Source: Octopus bimaculoides (lineage: Eukaryota). From it: a DNA stretch of 58,361 nucleotides. This document shows, piece after piece, positions 1 to 13,129 of this stretch (positions are counted from its first letter, which is position 1; each line of letters begins with the position of its first letter). The stretch lies in NCBI RefSeq assembly GCF_001194135.2, contig NC_068996.1, positions 13,934,659-13,993,019 of the forward strand, given 5' to 3'. The position numbers and the translations under genes were made by a program. The notes under the pieces are model-generated. The model had not been told where the DNA came from. It saw only the letters and a program-made list of their open reading frames with translations, and searched no databases.

Positions 1-257
1 ATACATACATATATATATATATATATATATGATAGATAACTTGTATATATATGTGTGTGTATATATAATACATAATACATATGCATATAGTATATGTATA
101 TATAGTACGTATGTGTATCTTTTATATATGTAAATATCTTGAATATATATGTATATATATTATATATATGTATATATATTATATATATGTATATATATCA
201 TATATATGTATATATATGATATATATGTATATATACGATATGTATTCTTTGATTCTT

Positions 258-768
258 TTTTTGTTGTTACAGTCATTTGACTGTCGCCATGCTGGAGCAA
301 CGCGTTAAGTGGAACAAATCGACTCCCGGACATATTCTTTGTAAGCCTAGTATTTATTCTATCTGTCTCGTGTGCCGACCTGCCAAGTTACGGGGACGTA
401 AACACATCAACATCGGTTATCAAGCGATGGTTGGGGTGGATAAACAGACACACACGCACGCACACGTACACACACAAACACGCACACAGAGACACACACA
501 CACACAGACACATGCACTTATACACACACAAACACACACACACAAACACACACACAAACACACACACACACACATACACACGCCCCCCCCCATATATATA
601 AATACATATATACGACGGGTTTCTATCAGTTTCTGTCTACCAAATCGACTCATAAGTCTTTGGTCGTCCCGAGGTTATAGTAGAAGATACTTGCTCAAGG
701 TGCCACGCAGTGGAACTGAACCCGGAACCATTTGGTTGGTAAGCAAGCTACTTACCACAGAGTCACTC
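258..768 (-). mobile_element. tRNA-derived SINE family B (bipartite, internal CA/TA microsatellite)
   Basis: The reverse complement gives the head ggagtgactctgtggtaagtagcttgcttaccaaccaaatggttccgggttcagttcc, then a microsatellite, then the tail ...gctccagcatggcgacagtcaaatgactg. It matches 32997-33375. Confidence 0.85.
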
Positions 769-1445
769 CNNNNNNNNNNNNNNNNNNNNNNNNNNNNNNN
801 NNNNNNNNNNNNNNNNNNNNNNNNNNNNNNNNNNNNNNNNNNNNNNNNNNNNNNNNNNNNNNNNNNNNNNNNNNNNNNNNNNNNNNNNNNNNNNNNNNNN
901 NNNNNNNNNNNNNNNNNNNNNNNNNNNNNNNNNNNNNNNNNNNNNNNNNNNNNNNNNNNNNNNNNNNNNNNNNNNNNNNNNNNNNNNNNNNNNNNNNNNN
1001 NNNNNNNNNNNNNNNNNNNNNNNNNNNNNNNNNNNNNNNNNNNNNNNNNNNNNNNNNNNNNNNNNNNNNNNNNNNNNNNNNNNNNNNNNNNNNNNNNNNN
1101 NNNNNNNNNNNNNNNNNNNNNNNNNNNNNNNNNNNNNNNNNNNNNNNNNNNNNNNNNNNNNNNNNNNNNNNNNNNNNNNNNNNNNNNNNNNNNNNNNNNN
1201 NNNNNNNNNNNNNNNNNNNNNNNNNNNNNNNNNNNNNNNNNNNNNNNNNNNNNNNNNNNNNNNNNNNNNNNNNNNNNNNNNNNNNNNNNNNNNNNNNNNN
1301 NNNNNNNNNNNNNNNNNNNNNNNNNNNNNNNNNNNNNNNNNNNNNNNNNNNNNNNNNNNNNNNNNNNNNNNNNNNNNNNNNNNNNNNNNNNNNNNNNNNN
1401 NNNNNNNNNNNNNNNNNNNNNNNNNNNNAGTGTGTGTGTGTGTGT

Positions 1446-1478
<33 letters not shown>

Positions 1479-1555
1479 CATGTGTGTGTGTGTGCATGTG
1501 TATGTGTGTCTGTCTGTCTGCTTGCCTGTCTGTCTATAAGTTGTGTTGAATCTAC

Positions 1556-1774
1556 CCCATAGCTTGACAGATGAAATTATTCTGCATAACTCCCTGTAAC
1601 TAACATGTTCAGAAAAATTGTACAGAGATCGATTCGTCAGGCTTAAATCCATAGAAGTCAATGTCGCAGTATGGCTGCAATTCAGTGCCTGCAATAAGTC
1701 AAAGGTAAAGAATGAGCCTAGGTAAACACCATCACATTCCATCGGCTTAAACCTTTCAAGGTTTCGATTAACTG
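1556..1774 (-). CDS. Candidate symmetric (phase 1-1) internal exon, product unidentified
   Basis: Acceptor tttttcttag|cag (NAGNAG) and 73 open codons (VNRNLERFKPMECDGVYLGSFFTFDLLQALNCSHTATLTSMDLSLTNRSLYNFSEHVSYRELCRIISSVKLW) with three N-x-S sequons. The donor G|gtagat is weak. No family recognised. Confidence 0.25.
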
Positions 1775-2726
1775 CTAAGAAAAACCTTGTTGTTACTCTG
1801 ATATTTCGTTTTCGTTCTTTCCGTAGATTCCAATCTCATGTTTATAAACTGAACATTCTCTTTACAGTGTCGTGCATGTACGAGTATGCATGTGTATGCA
1901 CATACAAATAGTGCTGATTTGTTTCATTGATATACAAATATTATATATGTAGTAAACCACGACTATTCCTCGATGAGCTGTTTATAATTATATGTATATT
2001 TTTTCGTCAGTAATTGTGACTGAGGGTGCCGAAACACCAATATTGTAAAACACCAGTATTGTAAAATCTCTGAATGTTGTAAGAAGCGTTGACATGGAAC
2101 ATAAATGCCGTATGGGTGTCTCTAAGATCAGTAGACTAGAATAGTTTCATCTATCAGTCGTAGGCTCGTCAGTAGAGAGTACTCAAACGCTCGATGATTT
2201 GGCTAAATCCGGCTGTAAGAATATATATTTGTATCATAAAAATTTATGGCTAATTTAACGAAATGCCAACGCGGTTATTTCCCCAGTCAGTGTATATATA
2301 TTGTGCGCTTCTTACAGCATTAAGAGTTTTTAACTCTTCTTTCTTAAAACATAGGTGCTTCGGCACACTCAGTCACAATTAGCGACGATAAATGTTTTTC
2401 TTTATGGTATTACATTGCACCTAGCTGTTTATATATATANNNNNNNNNNNNNNNNNNNNNNNNNNNNNNNNNNNNNNNNNNNNNNNNNNNNNNNNNNNNN
2501 NNNNNNNNNNNNNNNNNNNNNNNNNNNNNNNNNNNNNNNNNNNNNNNNNNNNNNNNNNNNNNNNNNNNNNNNNNNNNNNNNNNNNNNNNNNNNNNNNNNN
2601 NNNNNNNNNNNNNNNNNNNNNNNNNNNNNNNNNNNNNNNNNNNNNNNNNNNNNNNNNNNNNNNNNNNNNNNNNNNNNNNNNNNNNNNNNNNNNNNNNNNN
2701 NNNNNNNNNNNNNNNNNNNNNNNNNN

Positions 2727-2782
<56 letters not shown>

Positions 2783-3529
2783 GGTGTGTGTGTGTATGTG
2801 TATTTCGAAAAATCCTTTAACAAATGATAGGAAACTTAAATGTTTTACGCGTAATATAGTTGACTAATATTGCTTAAGTTTCTTCTAGAGTGGATGTTAT
2901 GGAATCTTATCTGGCTTGCTTATGAAGATATATTCGAATCCCAGACGAGCATTTTATATATTTTTAAAAGATAAAGGCTTGGTTGTTTGGTTAGAAGCTT
3001 CTTCTCTAACTACGTCGTAGATGGTTTGGTACCAATAGATGGCACCTAGGACAATTGTGTTTCACTATTGCCCCAGACCAAGCTAAATTTTGTAAGCTGA
3101 TTTGGTAGACGGAAACTGAAAGAAACCTGTCATATAAAAGTATATATTTATGTATGTGTATTTCTGTGTGCTTTCCCTGATTATCATCCAGCTTCAACTT
3201 CACAACCGGTGTTGGGTTGTTTACGTCCATTTCTTGGATTAACCGCTTCAAGCCTATGCTCCAGCACTGCCGCTGTCCTATGAGTGAAACAATTAAAAGA
3301 TAAAAGGTAAAATATGTATATATATTTGGCACTTCTTCTTACCGGATAATCGAAACCTGGAACCAGCTATACGGAATCTATGTCACTAATACTACTTAAG
3401 TTGCTCAGAGAGCGAATGTGATGGAATTTTGTTTGACTTGTTTATGAAAATATATTCTTGGTGAGAAATCGATTTTTGATATATCTATCGATCTGCTGCT
3501 TTTCTGTGTAACAACTGTATATGAATCCA

Positions 3530-3830
3530 CACCACTACCATTACCAACAATAACTGTTTCGCACGCACTACCAACACTGGCACCACAACTATACCACAGG
3601 CATTTGCACCACTGCCATAGCTAGCAGCTGTAGCAACACCACCACCAAAATCGCATCCACATATATCTTCTGCAGTACCACCTCGAGACTGGTAACACTA
3701 CAACCACGACCACGAACAACAAAACCTGCAGTAACATCAGCACTACAAACAACACCACTATTACTGAAGACAGAACCAACACCACCACCAGACAACAATA
3801 TTAAAACAACAAAGTAACAAGAACCACAAT
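3530..3830. repeat. Degenerate (ACC/AAC/AGC) triplet low-complexity tract
   Basis: Imperfect acc/aca/act triplet periodicity with stops in several frames. Confidence 0.7.
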
Positions 3831-3997
3831 TACGATCCACATAATAACATTATACAATCATGGTTTAAATTATTATCGAAACGCGATGAGCATTATAATA
3901 AAATTGTCAGAACCATAAAACTGAAGTTTGAATATGAGTAATGAAAACTCGAAATATTAAGCAAACAAAACATCAAAATTTAATTACTTACGTGTGT

Positions 3998-4048
<51 letters not shown>

Positions 4049-4475
4049 CGTATGTGTGTGTGTAAACATTATTTATTAAGTAGAATACAAACATGGGCAG
4101 TGAGGGAGATGACAAAGACACAAACGAAGCCGTGATTGTGTGATGTGCTATTGAAACAAAAGACCTGCTTTGTACGAAGATTATTGTAAACGTGTGTTTA
4201 TATAATATATAGGAACATATTTCAATCCGACAAATAAATGGAAGGATGCACACACACATACAGATATGCACACATACTTAGACAAATAAACATACATTCA
4301 CTCCTTCACACACGCACATACACATACACACAAATACACACATACACACATTAGGGGAGAGAGACTCATAATAAAACGGCTTTGATATACATTTTCAATG
4401 TAAAACTTTTTAATCCCACACTTCAATAACTTTTGATACACGCACAAACATATACATATATATATATATATATAA

Positions 4476-4524
<49 letters not shown>

Positions 4525-4754
4525 NNNNNNNNNNNNNNNNNNNNNNNNNNNNNNNNNNNNNNNNNNNNNNNNNNNNNNNNNNNNNNNNNNNNNNNNNNNN
4601 NNNNNNNNNNNNNNNNNNNNNNNNNNNNNNNNNNNNNNNNNNNNNNNNNNNNNNNNNNNNNNNNNNNNNNNNNNNNNNNNNNNNNNNNNNNNNNNNNNNN
4701 NNNNNNNNNNNNNNNNNNNNNNNNNNNNNNNNNNNNNNNNNNNNNNNNNNNNNN

Positions 4755-4786
<32 letters not shown>

Positions 4787-5109
4787 AATGTATGTATGCG
4801 ACTGAAACAGGAAAAAGATAAGCGATGTGCATTTATTTATATATATATATATATGCACATCGCTTATCTTTTTCCTGTTTCAGTCGCACAAATCGCCCCC
4901 AGTACTTATTATTTTCAAAGGGAGGTACATGTACTATCGGTTATCTTTTGCCGAATTTATAAGTATAAAGTCTGTATTGAAGGGAAGCAGCTTGGCTTTT
5001 TTACCAACCTGTCTCTTTCTAAGTCGCGAATACTGGTGCTGAGACAGCACCTACATTTCTACCATATAATTCTGCCTTCTACTTTTTATCAATTGTCAAC
5101 ACAGCCCTG

Positions 5110-5315
5110 AGATGGTTAAACTTCTTCACTTGCATCTGATTTCGTGTAACGCTACTACAGAGATCCTTCGTGTAAACAGTATTTCCGCTGCTTGCATTCG
5201 TGATCGTAAACTTTCGGTCATTGTCCAACATTCATGAACGTACACGAGGATAAGCACGAAAGTAAAGCTGAGTTTACCAAGTTTGGCTTCTTTACAAACC
5301 TCTTTTCTTTTAATA
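5110..5315 (-). mobile_element. RTE-clade LINE ORF2 fragment (family R1)
   Basis: KEAKLGKLSFTFVLILVYVHECWTMTESLRSRMQAAEILFTRRIS matches the RTE post-RT motif KAKL..F....VP.L.YG.E.W..T...RSRIQAAEM.FLRRI. Confidence 0.8.
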
Positions 5316-5670
5316 TAATTTACTAGAGATAATAATTTCAGCTTAGTATAAGTCATGTACAAAGAAAGTAACGTTATACATATCAAAATTTGAACTGGGT
5401 CCAACAGGGGTAAGGTGTTTTAATACCCAAATAGCAAATCTTGAGATATCTAGATAGCTAATGGAAGAAATAGGTAGATATTTCCTTACGTAACATAATA
5501 CATATATGGCAATAAGTGTCCAGAGAGCGTAGTATCAAGTTGATTTGTTTTATATACATATAGTTTATATACATATATATATATATATATATATAGATAT
5601 ATATATAGGTTTCTACATGTACGCAGTGAAACGTATATGTTAGGAAGTATGTATAAAAGCAGTGTGTATG

Positions 5671-5717
<47 letters not shown>

Positions 5718-5744
5718 GCAATACATAATGTGTCTCAGAAATTA

Positions 5745-5905
5745 ACTTGTAAGCGCATTCATAGTTGTGTGGTTTAAAACCTTGTTTTACAGCAATGTAG
5801 TCTCGAGTTCAAACCCACTGCACGGAACCTTGGTCAAGGTCTACTACTATAACGCCATGCTGGCCAATAACTGTGAGTGGATTCAGTGGAGGTCGTATTT
5901 GTATT
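5745..5905 (+). mobile_element. SINE family B head fragment
   Basis: ttgtgtggtttaaaacc...gagttcaaacccactgcacggaaccttggtcaaggtctactactat...ggccaataactgtgagtggatt resembles the family B head, with a B-box-like GTTCAAACCC. Confidence 0.65.
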
Positions 5906-7109
5906 TNNNNNNNNNNNNNNNNNNNNNNNNNNNNNNNNNNNNNNNNNNNNNNNNNNNNNNNNNNNNNNNNNNNNNNNNNNNNNNNNNNNNNNNNNNNNNN
6001 NNNNNNNNNNNNNNNNNNNNNNNNNNNNNNNNNNNNNNNNNNNNNNNNNNNNNNNNNNNNNNNNNNNNNNNNNNNNNNNNNNNNNNNNNNNNNNNNNNNN
6101 NNNNNNNNNNNNNNNNNNNNNNNNNNNNNNNNNNNNNNNNNNNNNNNNNNNNNNNNNNNNNNNNNNNNNNNNNNNNNNNNNNNNNNNNNNNNNNNNNNNN
6201 NNNNNNNNNNNNNNNNNNNNNNNNNNNNNNNNNNNNNNNNNNNNNNNNNNNNNNNNNNNNNNNNNNNNNNNNNNNNNNNNNNNNNNNNNNNNNNNNNNNN
6301 NNNNNNNNNNNNNNNNNNNNNNNNNNNNNNNNNNNNNNNNNNNNNNNNNNNNNNNNNNNNNNNNNNNNNNNNNNNNNNNNNNNNNNNNNNNNNNNNNNNN
6401 NNNNNNNNNNNNNNNNNNNNNNNNNNNNNNNNNNNNNNNNNNNNNNNNNNNNNNNNNNNTATATATATATATATATATAAGACCGTGGTAGCTCGCTTGA
6501 AGTATTGTACTACAGAGGAATTATAGTAAAGGAAATAAAGAAAACAGAAAGTTTGAAAAACTGTTATATTTCAGGCGCAAGTATCTGTCTTCAGAGAAAT
6601 ATGTATCTTTGTAGACACACATTTCTCACAGTGGGATACTATCTGCTCGAAGTTAATAATACTCTAGATAGTATCGTGTGAACATTGTATTGAAAATCCC
6701 TTTACAAAGAAAAAGTCAAATGTAACCCGTGAGACGCGAACCCATATCATGTACTACAACGGCAGCCGTTCCACCATTGGGCCAAAGTAGCCATCCGATT
6801 TTCTTTTACCATCTCAGAAACTTCTGCAATGTTTGCTGGAGACACGAGTTCGAGTTTCACCGGTGGCCATCGTATTTTTATATCCAATAGTTTTTTAAAC
6901 CAGTGTTAACACTCAATTACTTAATGCTTTATCTATTTCGAGTTCAACCGTTAACATCAAAGAACATATATTTACTTATCTATATACATATATGTGCACA
7001 TGAAGATACATGTTTGTAAGCATATATATGCGCATACACATGCTACTCTTATGGCAAACATTTGTTTTCGTTTCCCAACTGTAGTTCTCTCAAAACATCA
7101 AATTAAAAC

Positions 7110-7654
7110 CAGGACTTGAATTCGAAGTAATACATCCACAAGACACAATGAATAATACTTTGGAGAAGCTAAAAGAAGTGAGGCACTAATCCCTGGAGAG
7201 AAGACACGGAAGATATGTTGTGATATGGAAGGACCTGGAAGGTGTAGCTCCCAACTTTGTCACTGGAAGCTATACCAACCGCCGAACTGGACAGCACAAC
7301 AGTATACAAGAGATCTTATTCTCTCCATGCAAAATAAGGACCCGGTACTGTAACGGCTTGGGTTTCAAAGGACCAGCTCATTTCAAAACCCTCTTAAACA
7401 TCTGCAGAGATCTGCGAGGTGTGGATGTAAATGATTCCAAAGAATGTTTGGAGAAATTTTTATCTGAGATACCAGAAAATCCAACAATTACGGAAACACA
7501 AAGCAAGAAACGCAAAGCAGAGAAACTCTGTCTAAACTCGCTACTTCACCAGAAAGAGTTCCGGAAATAAAATCAAGAAGTTTGAAATAAAAAACCCATA
7601 ACCCATAAGCAGTGCACCATCATGGCCGCAGCATTTAGCTGAAACCAGCAAAAG
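7110..7654 (+). mobile_element. CR1/Jockey-group LINE, 3' end fragment with 3' UTR tail
   Basis: SLERRHGRYVVIWKDLEGVAPNFVTGSYTNRRTGQH...RTRYCNGLGFKGPAHF...EIPENPT...NSLLHQ is homologous to the C-terminus at 55870-56300. The tail gcagtgcaccatcatggccgcag follows the stop. Confidence 0.85.
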
Positions 7655-7784
7655 CGAAAAAGCAAGAAGTATATATGTTATACATATATTTACATATATA
7701 TAAATATATGTCTGTGTGTATGTATGTGTGCGTGCGTGTGCGTATATATATGTGTGCGTGTGTGTGTGTATGTATGTGTGTGTT

Positions 7785-7843
<59 letters not shown>

Positions 7844-8123
7844 TATTATCATCATTATAATAACCACCACCAATACCATCCTCACAATCTCCATCACCAC
7901 CACCACCACTACCATCACCTTCATTGCTAATGGTGTAAAGTGCTCTACCCAAATAGATGTCATGCCCCGATGTCTACTTTAACAACCAACGATAATGGGT
8001 TTAATTAAATCTGCTATAATTGTTCAATTATGTCGACAATCATAGCATTATAATGCTCTATCTATTAATTATAAGAGACGATCATCCAGTATCATCATCA
8101 TCAGCAGCAACAACAACAACAAC

Positions 8124-8560
8124 GCGGCGAGCTGGAAGGATTGTAAGTACGTTGGACAAAATGCTTTGCCATATTTCATTTGACTCTACGTTCTGAGTTC
8201 AAATTCCGCCGACGTCGGCTTCGGCTTCCATCTTTTCCAGGTAGATAACATAGGTATCAGTCAAGTACTGATGTCGATCTAATCTACTTGCCTCCTCCCC
8301 CAAAATTTCAGGCCTTGTGTCAATAATAGAAGGGGTTATTATAACAGGGAAGCGAGGTGACAGAATCGTTAGCATGCCAGAGTGCTTAACGGCATTTCCT
8401 CCAGCTTTATGTTCTGAGTTCAAATGCCACCGAGGGTCAGCCTTGTCGTTTATCCTTTCGATATCAATAAAATTAAGTAACAAACAAGTACTGAGGTCTG
8501 TGAAATCGACTTGTCCCTTCCCCTCAAACTTTTGGGTCACAAACCCTACAACGGATCGGC
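8124..8560 (+). mobile_element. Two tandem copies of tRNA-derived SINE family A
   Basis: gcggcgagctgg...gttctgagttcaaattccgccg...ccccaaaatttcaggccttgtg occurs twice, with A-box-like TGGCAGAATCGTTAG and B-box-like GAGTTCAAATTCC. Confidence 0.85.
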
Positions 8561-9639
8561 GTTGTAATCTCAGTCTCTTATACGTCATAGAAACAACGTA
8601 ACCGACTTCATGAGTCCTGAGAGTTCGAGAAAAAAAAATCAAGGGTATTGAAAAGAAGAGGTGCATGGCTAGGATATGGATCATTATCATATTTAAATGA
8701 AGAAACCGAGTTTGATGAACTACATGATCATGATAAAAACTAATTTAACAAATTGCCGTGAACAATTCACTATGTTAGAATTGAATGCTGATTGCTTATC
8801 GATTAAGCATACTATTCAGCTGATATATGACATACACAAAAACTTGACATTCCTCATAGAAGTTCCGAGAGTTAGTTACCCCAAGACAGGAGAGATCAAA
8901 ATGAAAGTAAATCAGCATAAAATTCTAACAGCACTTAGGTTGTGCGGTAATAAATACTAAACAGGTAGAGATTTAAATTAATTGATGTTGGGTAATTAAA
9001 TCTCTGGTATTGGATTAGTTTAATATGATGTCGTGCACAACAATCTCGAACGTATAGAGAGCTAAGTTACGTTGACGAAATTTCCAAAGTGGGACTAGAT
9101 GCAATTTCGTTTTCATTTGTCTAATTGTTACTTAGAAATACAAGTGCGTTAATAAGTATATTACGTCATTAATGTAATTTATAGATATATTTTTCTCTTT
9201 AGATTGGAACGCGGGTTCGAAATAGCAGACAGAGATCGATATGAATTGATTAAATTAATAACAAATATAATAAGAAATGAATATGCAGATATCACTAATC
9301 AGATAGGCCAAGGAGGACGGCCTCTACGGTGTCGATAGATCTGCGAGAATTGGCGTACAAATGTCCCTGAAATCAAATAGTAAAGTCTTAGAAAAGGACA
9401 CGTTGGAGTTCCTTGCACGTAAGAGTAAAGACGGAATGGTCGTGGCTGGAATAGTTTTTAATAATAGATCTCCTGGGTCAGGTCTAGCCCAGGGTCAACC
9501 AGCAACCACAATTAGAAATAATATGTTGAAAGCCTGAGTATGACTTTGAATTGTATCTGGTAACGGTCCCTGCTTCGAGAGTTCTATATTAAAAGTACCA
9601 CCTAAAAGAATTTGTTAAGTCAAGTTTTGTGAGATCATG

Positions 9640-9990
9640 TTTTGTGAGATCAATTAGGAAGTTATCGTTGACTGAGATATGTCCAGGTGTTGCTGGCTTG
9701 TTAGGTACTCCATGAAAATATTGTCCAGATATCGTTCGAAGGTGATGAGATCCTGTTCTTCTTTGCTTTGTTTTGGGATAATGTTAAAACAAACAGAAAC
9801 TGTTGAGGAAAAATAATTTTATCGTATTTTATTTGTGTTGTGAGTTTGAATTATATAGACAGCGTATAACACATAGCCCCAGCCTTGGACGAATTCTGAA
9901 ATGGATCCTAACGTCTTTTGGGCAATGCTGCAGGTATATTGCCCACAGTATACAAATCATATAGCAATAACGGCGGCATTGGGAATAATA
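9640..9990 (-). mobile_element. Possible highly decayed Penelope-like RT fragment
   Basis: Only short motifs: LITFERYLDNIFM (compare RY.DDIF) and DLYTVGNIP (compare SLYT.NIP), in different frames. Confidence 0.3.
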
Positions 9991-10849
9991 AAATTCAAGT
10001 GCTTTTTGATTAAAGACCCATATTTTTAGTACATAAATCATCAATGAAAATATCTATGAGACATAATAATTATGGTTGGTACTGTCAGGCTCCCAGCAGT
10101 AGGTTTAATAGAATGTCACAGAATTATTTTTAGAAAATGACCACTCACATACACTTAGACGGGCACAGGGAAGATGTGATACTTCAGCTCATTAACTAAT
10201 CACTTAATAGAAGATAATTCCATACAAATCCCACATCTTGATTTTATGTACCAGGCTAATACAAGTCTGAAGGACAAGAGAGTGGTACTGGCTCTTCATA
10301 AACCATGTCCACTTCACTATAATGATTTTTATTGTGCAGGTTGTTCGACAAACGAAGACACCAGCACCTACAGTACCACTCTTTCTTCATAAGTCCAGTG
10401 GCGATAGGAAAGGAGGTAGCGGGGACAGGGAGAAGATGCTACTGGAAGACTTCGGCTTTCACCCTGCACACAGGCTGCCATATAGTGCTGGTCGTTTACC
10501 ACAGTTCAACAAAGTGCAGCTGTCTTACTGAACTTCCATTCGTCGAACCAACGAGACAGTTCATCATAAATATTTATACATATCCTTGTTTTAATGTAAG
10601 GCATTTTTAAAATGGTTATATCAGATTAGTTCTAACTTGGCCAATTTTGTCACAAATCAGTAAATATTCTGTTTATGGATTCTGTGTCCGAAAAAGTACT
10701 TCTTGGCTTAGATCATAACGTCTGAGTATTCCTCAATGAGCAGACAATATCAAATCGAAAGACAGGCGTTCTGAGCGAGTTCCTGTACTTTCAGCATACA
10801 AGTTTTTTTGAGTTTTTCTGAGAAAAACCTCACTGCTAATGTCTTTCCA

Positions 10850-11130
10850 CAATTTAACTGTGAATAGACACCGCATTAAATTTGAAAGTATATTCCACAT
10901 CGTCGTGTAGTTAAGGTGTTTCACGATGCAAAACTGAAGCTTCGATCCTCGAATCTGCGGTGTGTTGTGTTCTTGATTAAAACTCTTCATGTCACTTTGT
11001 TCCTGTTAACAGCTGTAAATGAGCAAACCTGCCTTCGACTGGCGTCCAGTTCAGAGGTGTATGTTGTGATCTGTTTCACATTTACGTCATGGAAACCAAG
11101 TAACCAGCCTTAAAAGTCCTAGAACCCAAG
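10850..11130 (-). mobile_element. Decayed L2/Crack-like LINE 3' fragment
   Basis: Frameshifted motifs RLVT...DH, LNWTPVEGR (compare LHWLPV..R) and RRFEDRSFSFAS (compare GDR.FS.AAP). Confidence 0.4.
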
Positions 11131-11309
11131 ACGATAATGTCCAGTTGTTGATGATAGCAATGATGTTCTGTTCTGCTTCTAGAAACGATTTAGGGAAACA
11201 TGGAAAACGAAACAGGTGAACTGATTTTCGAGCTAAAAATAGAAGGACTTTAGTTGTAACATTGTGTCACAGAAAAATATCTAAAAAAAAGTCCTGTATG
11301 TTAAAAAAT

Positions 11310-11500
11310 CTGTTTGGAAGTTGGTTTATGATTGAGTTTGTAGCAGCTGATCTTCCTCGAGTGTATCTTTGAAAGGTTGGCTTGTCCGGTATTATCATTA
11401 GGAGCTTGTTCTTTTTTTTTTCTGATGTTTCGGTGGAGTTTCTTTTCATATTTCGGATTTCTTTAGATAGTGATTTCTTTAGATAGTGAACTGATTTACT
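11310..11500 (-). mobile_element. CR1-like LINE extreme C-terminal fragment
   Basis: KLLMIIPDKPTFQRYTRGRSAATNSIINQL resembles the LL..VPD.PT....R.A.SNSL..Q C-terminus of the LINEs at 7110 and 55870. Confidence 0.55.
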
Positions 11501-11769
11501 TAAAACATCAGGAAATTTAAATCTGCTAAAACATTTATAATGTATTCACAAACGTAGAATGGCAAGGCCATAATATTTTATCTCAGGGAAAATGTAAGAG
11601 GATTATGGTAAAAAGTCAGGTTCTCGTGTAGGACAGTGGCGAAGAACAGCTAAACTGAAACATTTTTGTTCCTATATTGAAATGTGCAAATAATATATTT
11701 GTACAAAAAGATTAACTTTAAACCTCTCCACCTGTTTCAGTGATGTTCTACTAATATGCTTTGGGAAGA

Positions 11770-12330
11770 CTTTCAGGAGAGGACCAATTTCTCAATCTTC
11801 GCAACTCTAATTCCCAGTCCTACCTTGCAGAACTCGACGGTGAACCACTGTACTTTGCATTTTAGTGAAACGTCACTGACACAAACGAATTTTAAATATC
11901 ACGGGGCCGCATTTAGAGTGATGGATGGCAGGAGGCAGAATTGGATACTAGAACTACTGGTACTCTTACAGTAATGTACCAACACCATCATTTGATCTAC
12001 GAAAGAGGAGAGGTAAGTATAAAATCAAACTCGCTACTTTGAGTTCCGTTTTCGTGCCTATACTCACGTATGGCCATGGATATTAAGCACTGATTGAAAG
12101 CGTATGATTTTGCATACAAGTGGTCGAATGAGAGGGTTCTTCCGAAAGATATAGGGTAGCGTAGTTCGGTAATCAGAAAGTATCATCGGATCAAGAAACT
12201 ATTCCTCCGCATTGAGAGGTCACAGTTCCGAGATTGCGGACACTCCATTATAAAGAAGCACTAACAAAACGTCTAAAGCAAAAAGCATCGGAAGTTTAGG
12301 ACAAACTTATGAAAACGCTACGGACACAAG
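11770..12330 (+). mobile_element. RTE-clade LINE ORF2 fragment (family R1)
   Basis: Frameshifted: NFKYHGAAF/SDGWQEAELDTR...K/LATLSSVFVPILTYGH...KLFLRIERSQFRDCGH, matching RTE FKYLG..F.SDG...ELD.R, VP.LTYG.E and IERSQLRW.GH. Confidence 0.85.
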
Positions 12331-13129
12331 CAAAGGGTTAACATTTTGCCTGTTTTATGTATCCCTTGTGAAATTCGGGGCATATTTTCCTAGCTGCCAT
12401 ACATCATACATGACACACATACACAATTTTTTTTCCAAGGTTGAAATCATAGCTTGATGGACGTGTAAAATCTATGAATGTCCTAAGTATTACTTGTGAT
12501 GCGTATGACATATTTCCCTGGGGTCCATATATGATACCTGATACACTTTCCCAATTATTTTCAACCACCCGAGTAACTTGGAAATTATAAAGGAATGCTA
12601 TACATTACTCAGAACGTCTAAAACAAGGGCTAACTAAAAGTCTGAACACAAGCTTGGACATTTAGGACAATCTTATCTAAATACTTTGAACAGGCAAAGG
12701 CTTAAGGCAAACGGTGGTTAGAAAAATACATCTACATATTGGATTAATATCTCTTAGATTTCCATAATATATTAACTATTAGCTCTGGTTCCTCTGTAGA
12801 TGCTACGAAATAACATTCTTACATGTCCTGACTATAATTTCCTTCTACATTCGTTCACATAATCTTGAAAGCATCTATTTATCTTTCAACACTTGCTATA
12901 AAATCACAGCAGTCTTCTATACACTCACCAATATTCTAGTCATTATACAACTTTCATCCATGCAATTTCCATTCCGAAAAATTCCAGAAATCTTCGCTCT
13001 ATGTATTCAATTTATATATTTCTATAAAGACCTCGTGATGTCACCTAACCAAAAATATTCTGAATAATAAATAGCATTTTTCTTACAACATTAGAACAGT
13101 TAATAGCTTTCATCTCCTATATTTATTCG

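Noticed and set aside
6725-6800. tRNA-like segment on the minus strand (TGGCCCAATGG ... GGTTCGCGTC)
   Set aside because: No complete cloverleaf can be built; it is better explained as a decayed tRNA-derived SINE head. The same applies to the heads of SINE families A, B and C.
8697-8960. 87-codon plus-strand ORF MKKPSLMNY...
   Set aside because: No recognisable domain or splice signals; the length is compatible with chance.
11916-12011. Apparent plus-strand exon SDGWQEAELDTRTTGTLTVMYQHHHLIYERGE with ag| and |gtaagt sites
   Set aside because: It is the FKYLG..SDG..ELD.R segment of an RTE ORF2; the flanks continue as RTE sequence.
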